64,000 nt of DNA from Carpediemonas membranifera BICM. Lineage: Eukaryota > Protista > Fornicata. Both the position numbers and the translations under genes were made by a program. The stretch lies in NCBI GenBank assembly GCA_019828565.1, contig JAHDYR010000003.1, positions 186,001 through 250,000 on the forward strand. Reading direction: 5' to 3'. This document shows, one piece after another, positions 12,001 through 19,096 of the stretch (its first letter is position 1; each line of letters begins with the position of its first letter). Below the pieces are notes generated by a model, which searched no databases, was not told where the DNA came from, and worked only from the letters and a program-made list of their open reading frames with translations.

Positions 12001-12071
12001 GTGAGAGTGCATACGCGACTTCCACCACGTTTTCCGCCACCGTTTCGGCCTTCGTTCTTTGCTTTTCTCAT
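1..12071 (-). CDS. RNF213/mysterin-like giant multi-AAA+ ATPase precursor containing an intein (more than 4000 aa, 3' end outside window)
   Basis: ATG at 12071 has an in-frame TAA just upstream. The frame appears open to the window edge, which explains its absence from the ORF track. Manual translation gives RNF213-type motifs in the expected order: VVTSGSSGTGKTRF, GVPTILCGATGSGK|TYTI, ILFFDELNTT..FKEIICEH, GAINPY, LVYRVEKLP, NDALSENCFLMV..LPMYIIGLPGTSKTL, LEEIGLAE..MPLKILH, FVAMSNWALDPAKLNRG, LYEACYDLFN..YVDLGF..VHKNFRLIVI..PIPLLNRFEK. Confidence 0.9.
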   Translation of the reverse strand, partial: MRKAKNEGRNGGGKRGGSRVCTLTIVHSKDQKVVFSSKKNKDEKPEVLKLTKKLLATTLDVKLVDDCAVFSIDDEEVRRPMWGRTKSFTLNHAPVDLFLAQYPHITSEYKDIKSHSWSALMHNKHSPEDLAKIFPALDDEQIAKWNHPLPDDPNCFEHIISKAWKMLHDDETEKRDLRFPQLPDPISSFIVSEKNIIDILPLCDSLPQVPDFYVALPMAAEDDDTDAEPQPADDSGAESDGTAAFFEDAVIPSETPIQLWMKQQTDIADSIEAGFKRHKVCDVPIRFFSEKFFRHILEKAPVQFMPFVIDYVPALADTCFKRLRRFVTDYKEVYPEVCAPFMDIVCKEDRLKIDSAVAAYRGAIAAKESYDKAYAEAIKHNENCKEGETQVPVPSHAPAPWKPDTEEIQALQQAVKSVTITEEYMLDVGTDFFKTAGLLDVVNSLFDKAIAAVDDITDIVKYASAVSGILQRYKRGMDPNWPTKYVLPRVEHSPVDLMRLYCLNPKSYVVGLPGAMVTTLERRISTEMKNTKTTEEAIDFTAALKTALETTTLDDASPLAVVYTKTQVRPENQQPLFSLMLLIHRITGLTCRSVEDFKGMVEKHISGRGELPIGQLRFFNRCALLLPLDDDTQPDPTPDPADSEVVGFRSDIIAVVTPNQARYNAIREQSAVFELQKKRNQRVMKFLVDILGTFGAKLDDSFAKSFNPLSQTNYVDWANRLADLAPALPHLHTLYVLGHKNAFFFRRIMAHIDRATDGTGKITLENLASVSAKLKEECQLILNTARLGTITMGDLKPVWDMDPETLTSQFTQLYVATQTPGPEFDLTSVDISGNCDETMTRFSQSVTLPDEVASTITRLNQLVETAKNGTAMKLLCDLAIRIQPAMMRVDPKVQDILMMTENLKRRDDPTAPLNDIAGFSTGRLEVESDSRGLIIGETGDARAEQRLKTIANMCEDNVWKVVDWLVDRQNNFLVPALESYGPGDELTKTDSRLKNNFKQFVEIGRDHIDGNNIQLQDVIEDVLVLRDLIGSFRSHITNFQTFTNRLWEAVKDKNRCDRILTSTESMVNSITFLTELTDLKAKVTASGKKKTMSQLAEIRGGLIVLDLDPRSLPAFEDNTQLVSFLVFDSNDASVDRVSQLKSSMAQTMDAGASPADIRDAIGMIRSQTQSARKISFAQLLDIEARAVLMEQDEEGKNSKSKDVKHIKKLIAACRRLAGNAHNLARTGHPAFAVRHVFHFWHASADDIDDISKRLAQVETTWMVQLRRLQAESFDLACAESSTVMRLLRKLNDGDTVYNLEQAICRSTDISAIHKVIPQLGKITIPKPGKPESHVVLKGASNVFLVGDTHMTDPFVFCLDLFRTEVGRLPISAEVFRCKPDTTIDDVARFGQRVGSAKPHAVFVAIRPSVMPRAMQVALIKVMRDLPPKARVAVIEVDKDVKAAFIVGQLTETASVRSLKAADPAKNLAELKRWVRKQSAVRDVTVVTSGSSGTGKTRFIFGLLRKFGSNGPDGKFRGPPTNNISINGPIRPELFSNLEEGAVNLIQVSPTATGDISGILFDFMVLRRLVMANGKVVDRNRSTFVEATLRHKGGLTRAWKLGLMLNCTELVLHKEDRTALHDRYGVSTDLVHYEFDNKVGREAESQRALCVINGSFSAFENHLLIAYRQAMRDGTLRKPPGRTDRYGRFHEFDFMRTTVDRIPDYVKRKLNVVPFPDGVAELNAIVRDCLPSNAQAYSYQRQIRRFMAYFYDMHHRMQDNYVYQAYAVENLITHAAKDIVLDGHDAAVRSELMTIPDPNRHKHMAEMVGMMLSRGTDAEKADDIRFSGLLADLADSVGTRQRPFVMTGYSYNRAVSIAMRLMAGVPTILCGATGSGKCLARGTKVLMASGQFQCAEDIQAGDMIMGAEGTPKRVLTVARGREEMARVETGVGAFTSNMSHVISFMMSGAGPTLTKDSDCRVEFVLVSRDEANEVSAVRARSEAFTDLDAAEAFKATLEQPDAVHENCPVLHDGTILDMPVRRFLDDECMHPNLRERAFMFHAPRIERFDTSAALANSPPAVVDDVPDAPSFEWTLGAWLGTGSVGHDGEPQLTAADPDVVEGFRLWAKSVGCRLVPADEADCYILLGDDGLDSPFLTWLRANDLCSTKHVPPAIKLGSVQQRLSFLAGFVDTNGTLDSGAFVITHAQGQVEEDIKFIARALGLLVKESGADAATSSFMIHGALPCRVHKTDMASPDGPTPVGFTVTPQPEDDYYGFTMEGPTCRFIVTESMLVTHNTYTIQCIAERTGMELIHMRIHAAYDETRLYKELREKVIEARDLYESTNRRVILFFDELNTTKSINIFKEIICEHRIDGVLINEVIGRNFLRDKKLDNSGAILALVGAINPYVSRSDEELTFVRRAGLNLDDLGSTTDEKMAKLVYRVEKLPPTLTHFVVSFESLPAHELTDCIRIRLDETLSRMHSFDKGSIAPDTYKEQLSFLSVVTHAAHSYMTTSPSSQCRHVSFREVNMVAEMFALFTRYPIGDKHGLMEYFTDDAEAEVNKLTVGFGDYAAAVTAVACVYGSKVSPRTELYDAVATAILQAGLVDADSGFNGEEVAETVTVFRRCVTDHLQLPKGTAMNDALSENCFLMVCTLVLRLPMYIIGLPGTSKTLSKTVIKDTMVGTRNEDALFSQLPAVHFQTLQCSPITRTTDLAEAFETVEKSVANSRTAGMIYALCLEEIGLAEMSTDMPLKILHQKFDHMLDVPVEQRIGFVAMSNWALDPAKLNRGLWVLRDTPSEADLIKTAVDITVTNQTLLHGKKRAKQQDVDPNVTRPFLEALSKAYQTLVRTMAEESTTDIKPLTHNDVSSTNTLFPRSNFFAQRDFFSACKLIADRLREPGMQIQDILVEAVRRNFSGLPAGAQTRVNKMIEDAVIEIERINISDASSLKKEHRMSRLIKTALRERGGHARYPMIISSNPAGILKTLVRYKIVPENAEVIWGSSFEKDRTYVAHCALLQRLKVQLDRGGTVVLTGLDKLYEACYDLFNCAYTTYGARSYVDLGFRSIEVKALVHKNFRLIVIATPQEVYRDMPIPLLNRFEKYLFDSSLENMTDVAANAARTVIGWVTDQEQALSRLRPFGTQTAQTPLFVGHGIGLEQSIADLVDGQFDDEASDADAEAERVVDFTKAALWRTASEEARLLLGQNDGHAACLADALKNHVVEAKKKKVKASGGKKAKDSQDDEGSKMKPVRLFVTTFADVDAQEAIVAQAAEGAGVDKEAVRYTPLSTVDTRKDLTKILRTWEKQGGVQVLVADQESLAFSSGALLRTVEHSIEDLWKNKKTGKPIKIKATRTPALVLIAHCHRVETECHREGVDQRARFRPADIVRSFDGKWEHYHIDDTCDRWTVSEADTAAIVRQRLDCDTLNPDEVRADILDALKHTVHDPSSKDRTHADEVARTLAGNKRMRRVVYHLAEQLVLDHDKQPEDAEIFMSFMDDWMKAEAKATGSKQGSLKKHLKAVIMDKVLFAFRFVIASLDTCHNLSSVVKPARHAKAWHELWSRLAEHHVFVAVGKSSTSPMGQTFKVTLTRSPATLLFPFSNAIFAETERWRETMMEHHESIIQRVTLLEAFLKDGASDLAKELSAITVGNDAMHEFAAVYAHDLLRQLQSDDHALVTFIAETACQLVPKKRSVAAVIAAVSVVGQSNFGMLALMKHVVSCATVVNGKTFNANALMNRAAGIAVRLIKADKDSLSAIPTAVLLASTFMAMKSVQTVVGLKPNEHTRILQAACSMVTIIARLTKMCNAVDVNMCCKLALDSSILTDIFEMIPAKPADDSTAESESSESDSDSDDSDIVERRRAKRWQLDSDSDSDSDSDFEATSDDSSEYDSDYSSDSSEYSDPDPDAGYEVPVQTVDQAMTHPDLSPYALKILMGISAVLAQTVAAAALSQPNTESAITMNPTALMAAVAELWYELWAPIAVPESIEYSGFFNSKPDSLWLTAFVDHVIDRVVSRLDFAPHSMTWLNSMVPRALDMILTLSGTVEG
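5247..6443 (-). mobile_element. Intein (399 aa, class-1 Cys...His-Asn/Thr) with a degenerate LAGLIDADG homing endonuclease domain
   Basis: Block A CLARGTKVLMASG follows GATGSGK directly. Block B is FTSNMSHVISF, block C-like WTLGAWLGTGS, block E-like FLAGFVDTNG, and blocks F/G DDYYGFTMEGPTCRFIVTESMLVTHN followed by +1 Thr. Removing it restores the Walker A GATGSGKT. Confidence 0.95.
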
Positions 12072-12407
12072 TGGCGGTAGGTTGGCGATGACGCGTTACC
12101 AATGCTATACATAGCGCGTACATATTACATAACTTTTCATCGCGTGACATCCAACTCATGGCATACCATGCATATGCCTTCATTCCCTGCATCCCTCCGC
12201 CCCAGCCCCCGAGAGGCCAGGCGGGTCAATTGAGTCTGCCAATCGGTGATACTGCCTAGGATCGCCACCATCCGTTTCAGTGCCCCCAAGGCAGCCGCCC
12301 AGCCCCTCATTCATCTATATGAGTCGAATCAATCCGTCAATTGTTTTGACAGGTCATGACCTTGACCAGACGAGACGACTTTGCCAAAGCGTCGAACTTT
12401 CTCTGTA

Positions 12408-13943
12408 ATGTCTGAGCTTGAACTGAAGATTAGCGAACTTGCTACCAAGTACCTCCCCCTTGCTTCCGAGATCCTCAAGGAGGCCATCCGTCTCCCCGCC
12501 GACCACATGGACACTGACCCCTTCTGCGGCGAGTCCAACCACGAGGGCCCCCGCATGGAGTACCTCAAGGAGTCCATCATCAAGCACGGTGCTGTTTTCA
12601 AGCCCGAGGATGTCTTCTTCGACGAGTACGGCAACATTGTCTGGTACGTTGAGGACCCCGAGGACAAGACCCCCAAGGAGCAGAAGAAGGTCGTCTACTT
12701 CGACGGTCACTGCGACACTGTCAAGGCCCTCCGCTCTGAGTGGCACAACAAGCTCGGCAAGGGTGTCGACTGCTTCAACGGCGTCACCAACCCCGATGAA
12801 GTTTCCATCGAGGCCCTCAAGGAGACCCTCGGCTACGTCCCCCCTAAGGAGGAATGGAACAACCTCATCTTCGGCCGTGGCGGTGCCGACCAGCTTGCTG
12901 GCGTCATCTCTCAGATCATTGCCACCAAGATCATGATCGAGCTCCGCTCCATGGGTGCCCTCAAGGGTGTCATTATCCGCTCTTACGGCACTGCCGCTGA
13001 GGAGGACAACGACGGCGCTGGCCCTATGTACGTCCACAAGCACGTTCTCCCCAACGCCCCCGTCGAGATGTACCCCGATGCTTACATCTTCACCGAAGGC
13101 ACTGGCGACTACACCCGCTCCGCCTGCGGCATCTACCGTGGCCAGCGTGGCCGTATGCAGATCGAGGTGTCCGTTATCGGCCGCTCCTGCCACGGCTCCA
13201 TGCCCGACCGTGGCCTCAACCCCCTCGAGTGGGGCGCCAAGATCCTCGTCGCCTGCACCGAGCAGGTCGAGAACGGCGTCGGCATCAAGGACCACGACTT
13301 CCTTGGCCGCGGCACCCGCACCGCCTCCTGGGCCACCCTCGACTCTCCCTCTGACTGCGCCGTCCCCGAGCAGTTCGTGTTCCGCTTCGATCGCCGCATC
13401 ACCTACGGCGAGGACCCCGCTCAGTGCGTCTCTATCATCGAGGAGCTCCCCGTCATCGCTGAGGCCCGCAAGGCTGGCCTGACCGTGAAGGTCTCGATCC
13501 CCCGCTACAACAACGCGTCTTGGACCGGCTACTACCCCAACAACGACGCCGTCTACCTCTGCTGGGAGACCCCTGAGGAGCACCCCACCATCCAGGCTGC
13601 CGTCAAGACCTACGAGAAGGTTACCTCCAAGACCATCACCGACGAGGACATCACCGCCAACCCCCTCCTCAAGCGCGAGCCCTATGTCGGCCGCTGGATC
13701 TTCTCCACCGACGGCGTTGGCTGCTACCGCAAGGCTGACGAGTGCTCTGATGCCGACACCGCCATCATGAAGGCGAAGGGCTGGCAGCTCGATGCCGCCG
13801 GTTTCTGGCACCCTCCCATGCTCGGCCTTGGTGCTGGCCACGAACAACACACCCATCGGATCGGAGAATATGTCTGCACGCGTGAGCTGAAGGCGGCGAT
13901 CTCCTGGATGGCCCGTTATCCTTCCCAGCTCGCCGAGCTCTAA
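12408..13943 (+). CDS. M20 family metallo-hydrolase (YgeY/ArgE/DapE-like)
   Basis: Motifs FDGHCDTV, FGRGGADQ, AEEDNDG, YRGQRGRMQI..GRSCHGSMPDRG and GAGHEQHTH. Strong C-ending codon bias. First ATG at 12408. Confidence 0.85.
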   Translation: MSELELKISELATKYLPLASEILKEAIRLPADHMDTDPFCGESNHEGPRMEYLKESIIKHGAVFKPEDVFFDEYGNIVWYVEDPEDKTPKEQKKVVYFDGHCDTVKALRSEWHNKLGKGVDCFNGVTNPDEVSIEALKETLGYVPPKEEWNNLIFGRGGADQLAGVISQIIATKIMIELRSMGALKGVIIRSYGTAAEEDNDGAGPMYVHKHVLPNAPVEMYPDAYIFTEGTGDYTRSACGIYRGQRGRMQIEVSVIGRSCHGSMPDRGLNPLEWGAKILVACTEQVENGVGIKDHDFLGRGTRTASWATLDSPSDCAVPEQFVFRFDRRITYGEDPAQCVSIIEELPVIAEARKAGLTVKVSIPRYNNASWTGYYPNNDAVYLCWETPEEHPTIQAAVKTYEKVTSKTITDEDITANPLLKREPYVGRWIFSTDGVGCYRKADECSDADTAIMKAKGWQLDAAGFWHPPMLGLGAGHEQHTHRIGEYVCTRELKAAISWMARYPSQLAEL

Positions 13944-14099
13944 AATGCATTAAACTGCTCGTTTCCAAATGATGTGAGTCTCCACAGTTGGCTGTTATTG
14001 CATCGTTCTTCGTCTAGCTTGGCCTGTTCGACAGACCAGCTATGGTGCTGAGTGCAGAAAAAATGGGGCTGAGTGAAAAAATCTTGTATTGTAGCAATA

Positions 14100-16067
14100 A
14101 TGACTGACACTGTACAAACGACACTGTGTGGCCCACTGATCGTTACAGACGATAGAACTGAAGAAGGAACTACCTATATTCTCCATCCTTCGCGGGTTCA
14201 CGGTGTTGATTTGCTTCGGCGTTGCAACGATGTGATAACAAAGGGTTTCTCGAAGATCATTGAGGTTCGGTTGGGCGAGAACAAGGATAATAACAGCAAT
14301 TCATTCGTTTTTCGTTTTCCCCTCCAAAGTACGAAGAAGAGCCCCGAGGATCAGAAGAAGAGCACAACTCAGACCCGCCAGGAGCAGAAGAAGAATGAAC
14401 GGTTTAAGCCATGCACTACTTCTAAGAAGTTTGCTGATCATCCCTCCAGAAACGACTTCGGTATGCTTACGTTTGCAGCTGCGCACAATAGTGCACGTTT
14501 TAGTAAGAAGTGGGACGAGTGGCACTATGAGAACGATGACGGGCAATACCTCGACATTTGTGGGCATCAGTCGTACTTTGCAGCCCTTCAGGCCCGTGTC
14601 AGAAACTGCCGCAATGACTACAGCCACGGCGGTCACTTGAAGCGACAGACTAACCCGGAGAACCCCTCATCTCTCACGCTCAACCGTGTGATCGGCCAGA
14701 TCAAGGACGGTATCCACCTTTTGCAGCCGTTCGCCGACGGTAAGCTTGGTGCTTCGTACAAGGCTGTTTCCTCCAACGTGGCCGAGTTGGAGAATCACAA
14801 AGCCTTCATCGACGAGTTCCGGCATTATCGTGATTTCACTGACAAGCTTGAGCCAGTCTTTTACCACCTCCTCCAGGAGAAGGCCTCCTCCAACGCCAGT
14901 CCAAGTGCTTCGGAGCCCCAGCTGAGTTCGGCAAAGATTTCTGAGAACTTGATTCGACCCTGGATCGGCCGACTGACTGCCCTTGCTGACCGGCTGGAGG
15001 GAAAGGAGCCGATGCAGGCCCAGGACAAAAAGGCCGCGGCCAACGTCATCAGTCACATGGGCGCCATACTGCTGGAAGACGTCAATGACACATTGGACGG
15101 CCTCAAAGCAGACATGAAAAAGGAACAAGTCCTCAAGGCTGACGAGGAGAAGAAGGGCGTCTCCGTCGTTACCCAGACTGCGGACATACCTGCCAACCCA
15201 CCTGCGCCTGTCAACAAAGCTCCCAGTGCCGGCAAGCAGGCCAAGCCAGCTGCCTCAGTCTGGGGCGGCAAGTTGACGATCGCGGAGTTTTTGTCGGAGA
15301 AGGAAAAGAAGAAGGGCATCTCTACTGTTGCCCAGACTGTAGCCAACCCTGCGCCTGTCAAAAGAGTTACCAGTAATAATCCGCCTGCAATGTCTGCTGT
15401 CTGCTGGCTCCAAGAGGCATACAGCGTGGGTTCTACATTCACTCTCATTCGAAGGCGGTTCTTCAAGTATCATCACATTAAGTTGCAGATCGTGGGTACC
15501 ACAAGTGGACATTGTACGGTCGACCGTCCTCCGTATTACTCTGTATGTTGGAACGATACTGACTGTGACAAGTTTTCGGATGACCCTGACGTAGCCGAAA
15601 GATGCAAGTGTCAAGGTGAACATCTCTTCGAATACTACAAGAATGGATCTAGAACGATAAGCATCGAGAGAACGTCAGGCATCGATGGATGGGACGGAAA
15701 GATTACCCTCGCCGACGCGCTGATCATCTGGTTCTGGGCAATGCACTATCCCAGCAAAGACGTCAAGCTGGATACTACGAAGAAGAAAGGCACGGCCCGA
15801 GTCTCTGGTACCCTCCCGAATGGGAAGATATGGAGGCCTGACCTTGTCAGTATTGTTGGTCGGATGCATTGTCAGGGTGAGCAGTTTAAGCTATCTGAGG
15901 CGAAGAAGGAGAAAAATGGTGCCGATAGTCGGAAACTCTTCAATAACTGGAGAGATCTGTTTGGATGGATCTGCGCCGACCTGCAGGGATTATGCAATGA
16001 GCATAACAAACAAGGCAATAAGCTGCCGCTTTCTCCCTTCCGCGTTCCGAGCAATCCTGTAACCTAA
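14100..16067 (+). CDS. Hypothetical protein (about 655 aa) with a possible HEPN-like RxxxxH motif and a short internal duplication
   Basis: Long ORF. RNDYSH at 14610-14627. EEKKGVSVVTQTADIPANPPAPV recurs as EKKKGISTVAQTVANPAPV. Confidence 0.65.
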   Translation: MTDTVQTTLCGPLIVTDDRTEEGTTYILHPSRVHGVDLLRRCNDVITKGFSKIIEVRLGENKDNNSNSFVFRFPLQSTKKSPEDQKKSTTQTRQEQKKNERFKPCTTSKKFADHPSRNDFGMLTFAAAHNSARFSKKWDEWHYENDDGQYLDICGHQSYFAALQARVRNCRNDYSHGGHLKRQTNPENPSSLTLNRVIGQIKDGIHLLQPFADGKLGASYKAVSSNVAELENHKAFIDEFRHYRDFTDKLEPVFYHLLQEKASSNASPSASEPQLSSAKISENLIRPWIGRLTALADRLEGKEPMQAQDKKAAANVISHMGAILLEDVNDTLDGLKADMKKEQVLKADEEKKGVSVVTQTADIPANPPAPVNKAPSAGKQAKPAASVWGGKLTIAEFLSEKEKKKGISTVAQTVANPAPVKRVTSNNPPAMSAVCWLQEAYSVGSTFTLIRRRFFKYHHIKLQIVGTTSGHCTVDRPPYYSVCWNDTDCDKFSDDPDVAERCKCQGEHLFEYYKNGSRTISIERTSGIDGWDGKITLADALIIWFWAMHYPSKDVKLDTTKKKGTARVSGTLPNGKIWRPDLVSIVGRMHCQGEQFKLSEAKKEKNGADSRKLFNNWRDLFGWICADLQGLCNEHNKQGNKLPLSPFRVPSNPVT

Positions 16068-16816
16068 GGTCCTGGTGTATTTGGGATCGGCTCACAGACC
16101 GAATAATTTCCTTGCGTCATTTGCCTCTGCGACAGCCAATCATAAATAGTGGGCGAGACCTTCTTTTCTGTGGAGGTTTGACCACCTGGGTTGACTCTGT
16201 GTAGTGATCCAACCAACCTGTCGAGTGCCTGTGAAGGCGACGCCGATCGGCCTCCTTCTATTCGAGATGCTCCTCCGTGACAACTAGTAGGTTTCGATCG
16301 ACAGGCTTCCACTCGTGTGATATCTTACATAGCGGGTCGTGTGCACCGTCATAAAGTTCAACTGCCCAATATCAGGATCTCGAACGGTTGATCGGAACAA
16401 AATCAATGGGAGTTGCTGGAACTGATAGTGCCCAGATTGATGAGTCTTGGGCTCACTTCTCTGCCCGGTCACGGGACAAGGCTGATCCGGCACCCAAGGA
16501 AAATGCTGAAATGCTGACCGCGAGTGACAGCATCGCAACGATAACCGTCCGGGTATCACGCTCTTGTCGCCTTCGGTGATTGCCACATGGCCCTTCTGAT
16601 TCACTGACAGTAGCTTGGGGAAACAGTGAGAATAGCTGGCTCAGTGACCCAGAGCTCTGTATCACATCTCATCGAACTTGACCGTGTCGAGTCAACAAAG
16701 AACCATAAACGCGCTATTATAACTGCCAGAGTTCCATTTGGGCCCATTTATATCAAAAGAAGGTTTACATTATACACCACCCGAAGCCCGACCAGCAGTA
16801 AAAAGGCCAAGCTGAC

Positions 16817-18166
16817 TCACCCCCTCTCCGCCAGCCTCATCTTGAGCTCTGCGATCTCCTGTGCGTACCCCCGCACCTTCCCCATTAGCTCATTCTCAGC
16901 GGCCTTCGCCCTCGCATTCGCCCGCTCCACCTGCGTCTCCAATAAATGCCGGTCACCGTCATCGACCTCCTCTACACAAGCCCGCTGCCCCCGCCTCCCA
17001 CTGTCCTCTCTGACCCGAGCCCTCTCACCCTCACCCTGCCCAGCCAAGCTGTGGCTGCCCCGTAGCGCCTCAACCAGACTGCTGACGAGCTCATTGCTGA
17101 CTCCAGGACTCTGCTGGTACATTGGAGGGCCGCCCATAAACATGTACTGCGGCTGGGGTTGTGGGGCCATCGGTGGCATGATCACGAGAGGCTGGCCCCC
17201 TGCCCCGGCGATTGTCGTCGGCTGGGGCGGGTATGAGGCCACGGGGGAGGGGGCTAGCATCGACGCCGTCATCTCCTCGTTCTTGGCTGGTCTGTGGGCC
17301 GCGGTTTTGACTCTGTCGCTCTCCTTCTGGAGCTCCTCGAAATCCTGGAGCTTCTTTTGCAAGTCACTTCTTGTGGAATTGGCCTCTTTCAGCTCAGTTA
17401 CCAGCTTCTGGAGGTAGGTCTCCAGCTTAGTAACGACCTTCTCCTGCGCCTCTATGGTCTCCTGGTACCGGGCCATCCGCTGCTTCACAGCGGCCTTGAC
17501 CTTGGTCATCCTGCTCTCCTGGTCCTTCGCCACCGCCTGTAGTTGCCCAGTAAGCTTCTTGTTCTCCACACCTACGGCCTTGATGATGGTCAGCATCTGT
17601 TCACCGCTGATGCTTCCCTCTTGCTGGAGCTGGTCTTTCAATGGAGCAGCAAGCTCGGCGGGAATTGAGGAGGAGAGCGCTGCCCACACCTCCTGGCCAG
17701 AAACAGAGCCATGCGCCGCCTGTGTGACCGTCTTCTGCGTCTCTGCAATCATAGCTGCCATCCTGCTCTCCACATCGGCCATGGCACTTTGATACTCAGC
17801 CTCTTTCGCACGGGACGCCTGTAGCTCCTCTTCCATGGCTGTGTATGACGTCTTAAGCTGCACATGCTCATCACTGAGGGCGTCGAAGTCCTCTTTCAGC
17901 GTCATGAATTCTTCGGCCAAATCTAGATCGGGGAAGTCCTCAGCGCCCTCTTCAACGGAAGGCGGCATGCCTTCAGGCATCGTATTATTCCCCATGACTG
18001 TTGCTGCCCTTGATTCCGGTGGGGAGATGGAGGTGACGGAGTATTCCTCCTCGGCAATGGGTGCTCTGAAACTGCCGACGTTGGAGACAAATGGAGGACG
18101 GGTTTCTACCTTGCTACCCTTCTTTCCCGTTGTTTTTTTGTCCTTCTTGCTCTTTCGAGAGAACAT
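16817..18166 (-). CDS. Coiled-coil protein, C-terminus reminiscent of CCDC33
   Basis: 449-aa ORF with heptad-rich segments, including YQETIEAQEKVVTKLETYL and ARAKAAENELMGKVRGYAQEIAELKMRL. Confidence 0.7.
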   Translation of the reverse strand: MFSRKSKKDKKTTGKKGSKVETRPPFVSNVGSFRAPIAEEEYSVTSISPPESRAATVMGNNTMPEGMPPSVEEGAEDFPDLDLAEEFMTLKEDFDALSDEHVQLKTSYTAMEEELQASRAKEAEYQSAMADVESRMAAMIAETQKTVTQAAHGSVSGQEVWAALSSSIPAELAAPLKDQLQQEGSISGEQMLTIIKAVGVENKKLTGQLQAVAKDQESRMTKVKAAVKQRMARYQETIEAQEKVVTKLETYLQKLVTELKEANSTRSDLQKKLQDFEELQKESDRVKTAAHRPAKNEEMTASMLAPSPVASYPPQPTTIAGAGGQPLVIMPPMAPQPQPQYMFMGGPPMYQQSPGVSNELVSSLVEALRGSHSLAGQGEGERARVREDSGRRGQRACVEEVDDGDRHLLETQVERANARAKAAENELMGKVRGYAQEIAELKMRLAERG

Positions 18167-18219
18167 GTTGAGTTGGCGAGTTGTTGTGTTCTGGATGGTT
18201 AAACTGCGCCCGACCTGAA

Positions 18220-18315
18220 TGTGGTATTTACATGACTATGTAGACGCAGTTAGAGCCATTATCACCGCGTAGGAGGTATACCCCTTAAACACTTCACACT
18301 TGTTTCCAGACTTCA
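18220..18315 (+). repeat. 5' LTR of element A (96 bp)
   Basis: TGTGGTATTT...CCAGACTTCA, identical to 26473-26568. Confidence 0.97.
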
Positions 18316-18337
18316 GTAATTACTACGGTTTGACGCA

Positions 18338-19096
18338 ATGGGAGAAGACGTAACGATAGGTCCACCGATGAAGGACCTCACGATCGAAGAGTATATGCGA
18401 GTACGAGACATCTACGACGAGTACAGCCTGGAGGCAGACGACGGCAAGCACCGTAAGCCTTTTCACTCCCTGGTCAAGCCTGCGTTGAAGAGACAGGTTT
18501 TACGCGAGACAGGGAAGTCCAGGATCGACGAGTTCGTGGAGCCGACATGTGCGACGAACGGTAACGGATCGGTGTCGACTCAGCAATACATGAAGCATCA
18601 AGACGACGTCAAGAAGGCACGACGCGCACACCAGAAGAAGGAGGACGCATTTTGGAAGAAGAGCATAGAAGAGCTCGTCCTACCCACTGAAGTGTTCGCA
18701 CGGACGCAGCTTTTGACGAATGGACCTGAGAAGAGCGTAAGCGAAGTGCTCAACAGGATTTCAGCGAGAGCGGCGGTGTTGTTCCAGAAGATAGAGGACA
18801 TCCCGATAGATGCAACGAAGAGGCTGATCTTGGAGGCGTGCAAGCACGAAGGACAACACGCAATACTCCAGGGCGTCGTTGACGCATGCACTGACTCAGC
18901 CGGAGTCATGCAATCAGTAATGCTGTGGGAGAGGAAGAAGCGCGAGGCAATGAAGCAGTTTGGGCTGTTGGAGCCCCCACATCGTCTACATCGAAGAAAG
19001 ACGTGCAGAAGCAAGAGCAGGGGCAGAAGAAGTTGCACTGCTATAACTGCGGGGGTGGGGGCCACATGGCCAAGGACTGCCCAGAGCCGAAGATAG
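18338..19096 (+). CDS. gag: Element A Gag (frame switches near the C-run at 18974-18978 into the zinc-knuckle/Pol frame)
   Basis: First ORF, starting 22 nt after the 5' LTR. The CCHC knuckles lie in the overlapping next frame. Confidence 0.75.
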   Translation: MGEDVTIGPPMKDLTIEEYMRVRDIYDEYSLEADDGKHRKPFHSLVKPALKRQVLRETGKSRIDEFVEPTCATNGNGSVSTQQYMKHQDDVKKARRAHQKKEDAFWKKSIEELVLPTEVFARTQLLTNGPEKSVSEVLNRISARAAVLFQKIEDIPIDATKRLILEACKHEGQHAILQGVVDACTDSAGVMQSVMLWERKKREAMKQFGLLEPPHRLHRRKTCRSKSRGRRSCTAITAGVGATWPRTAQSRR

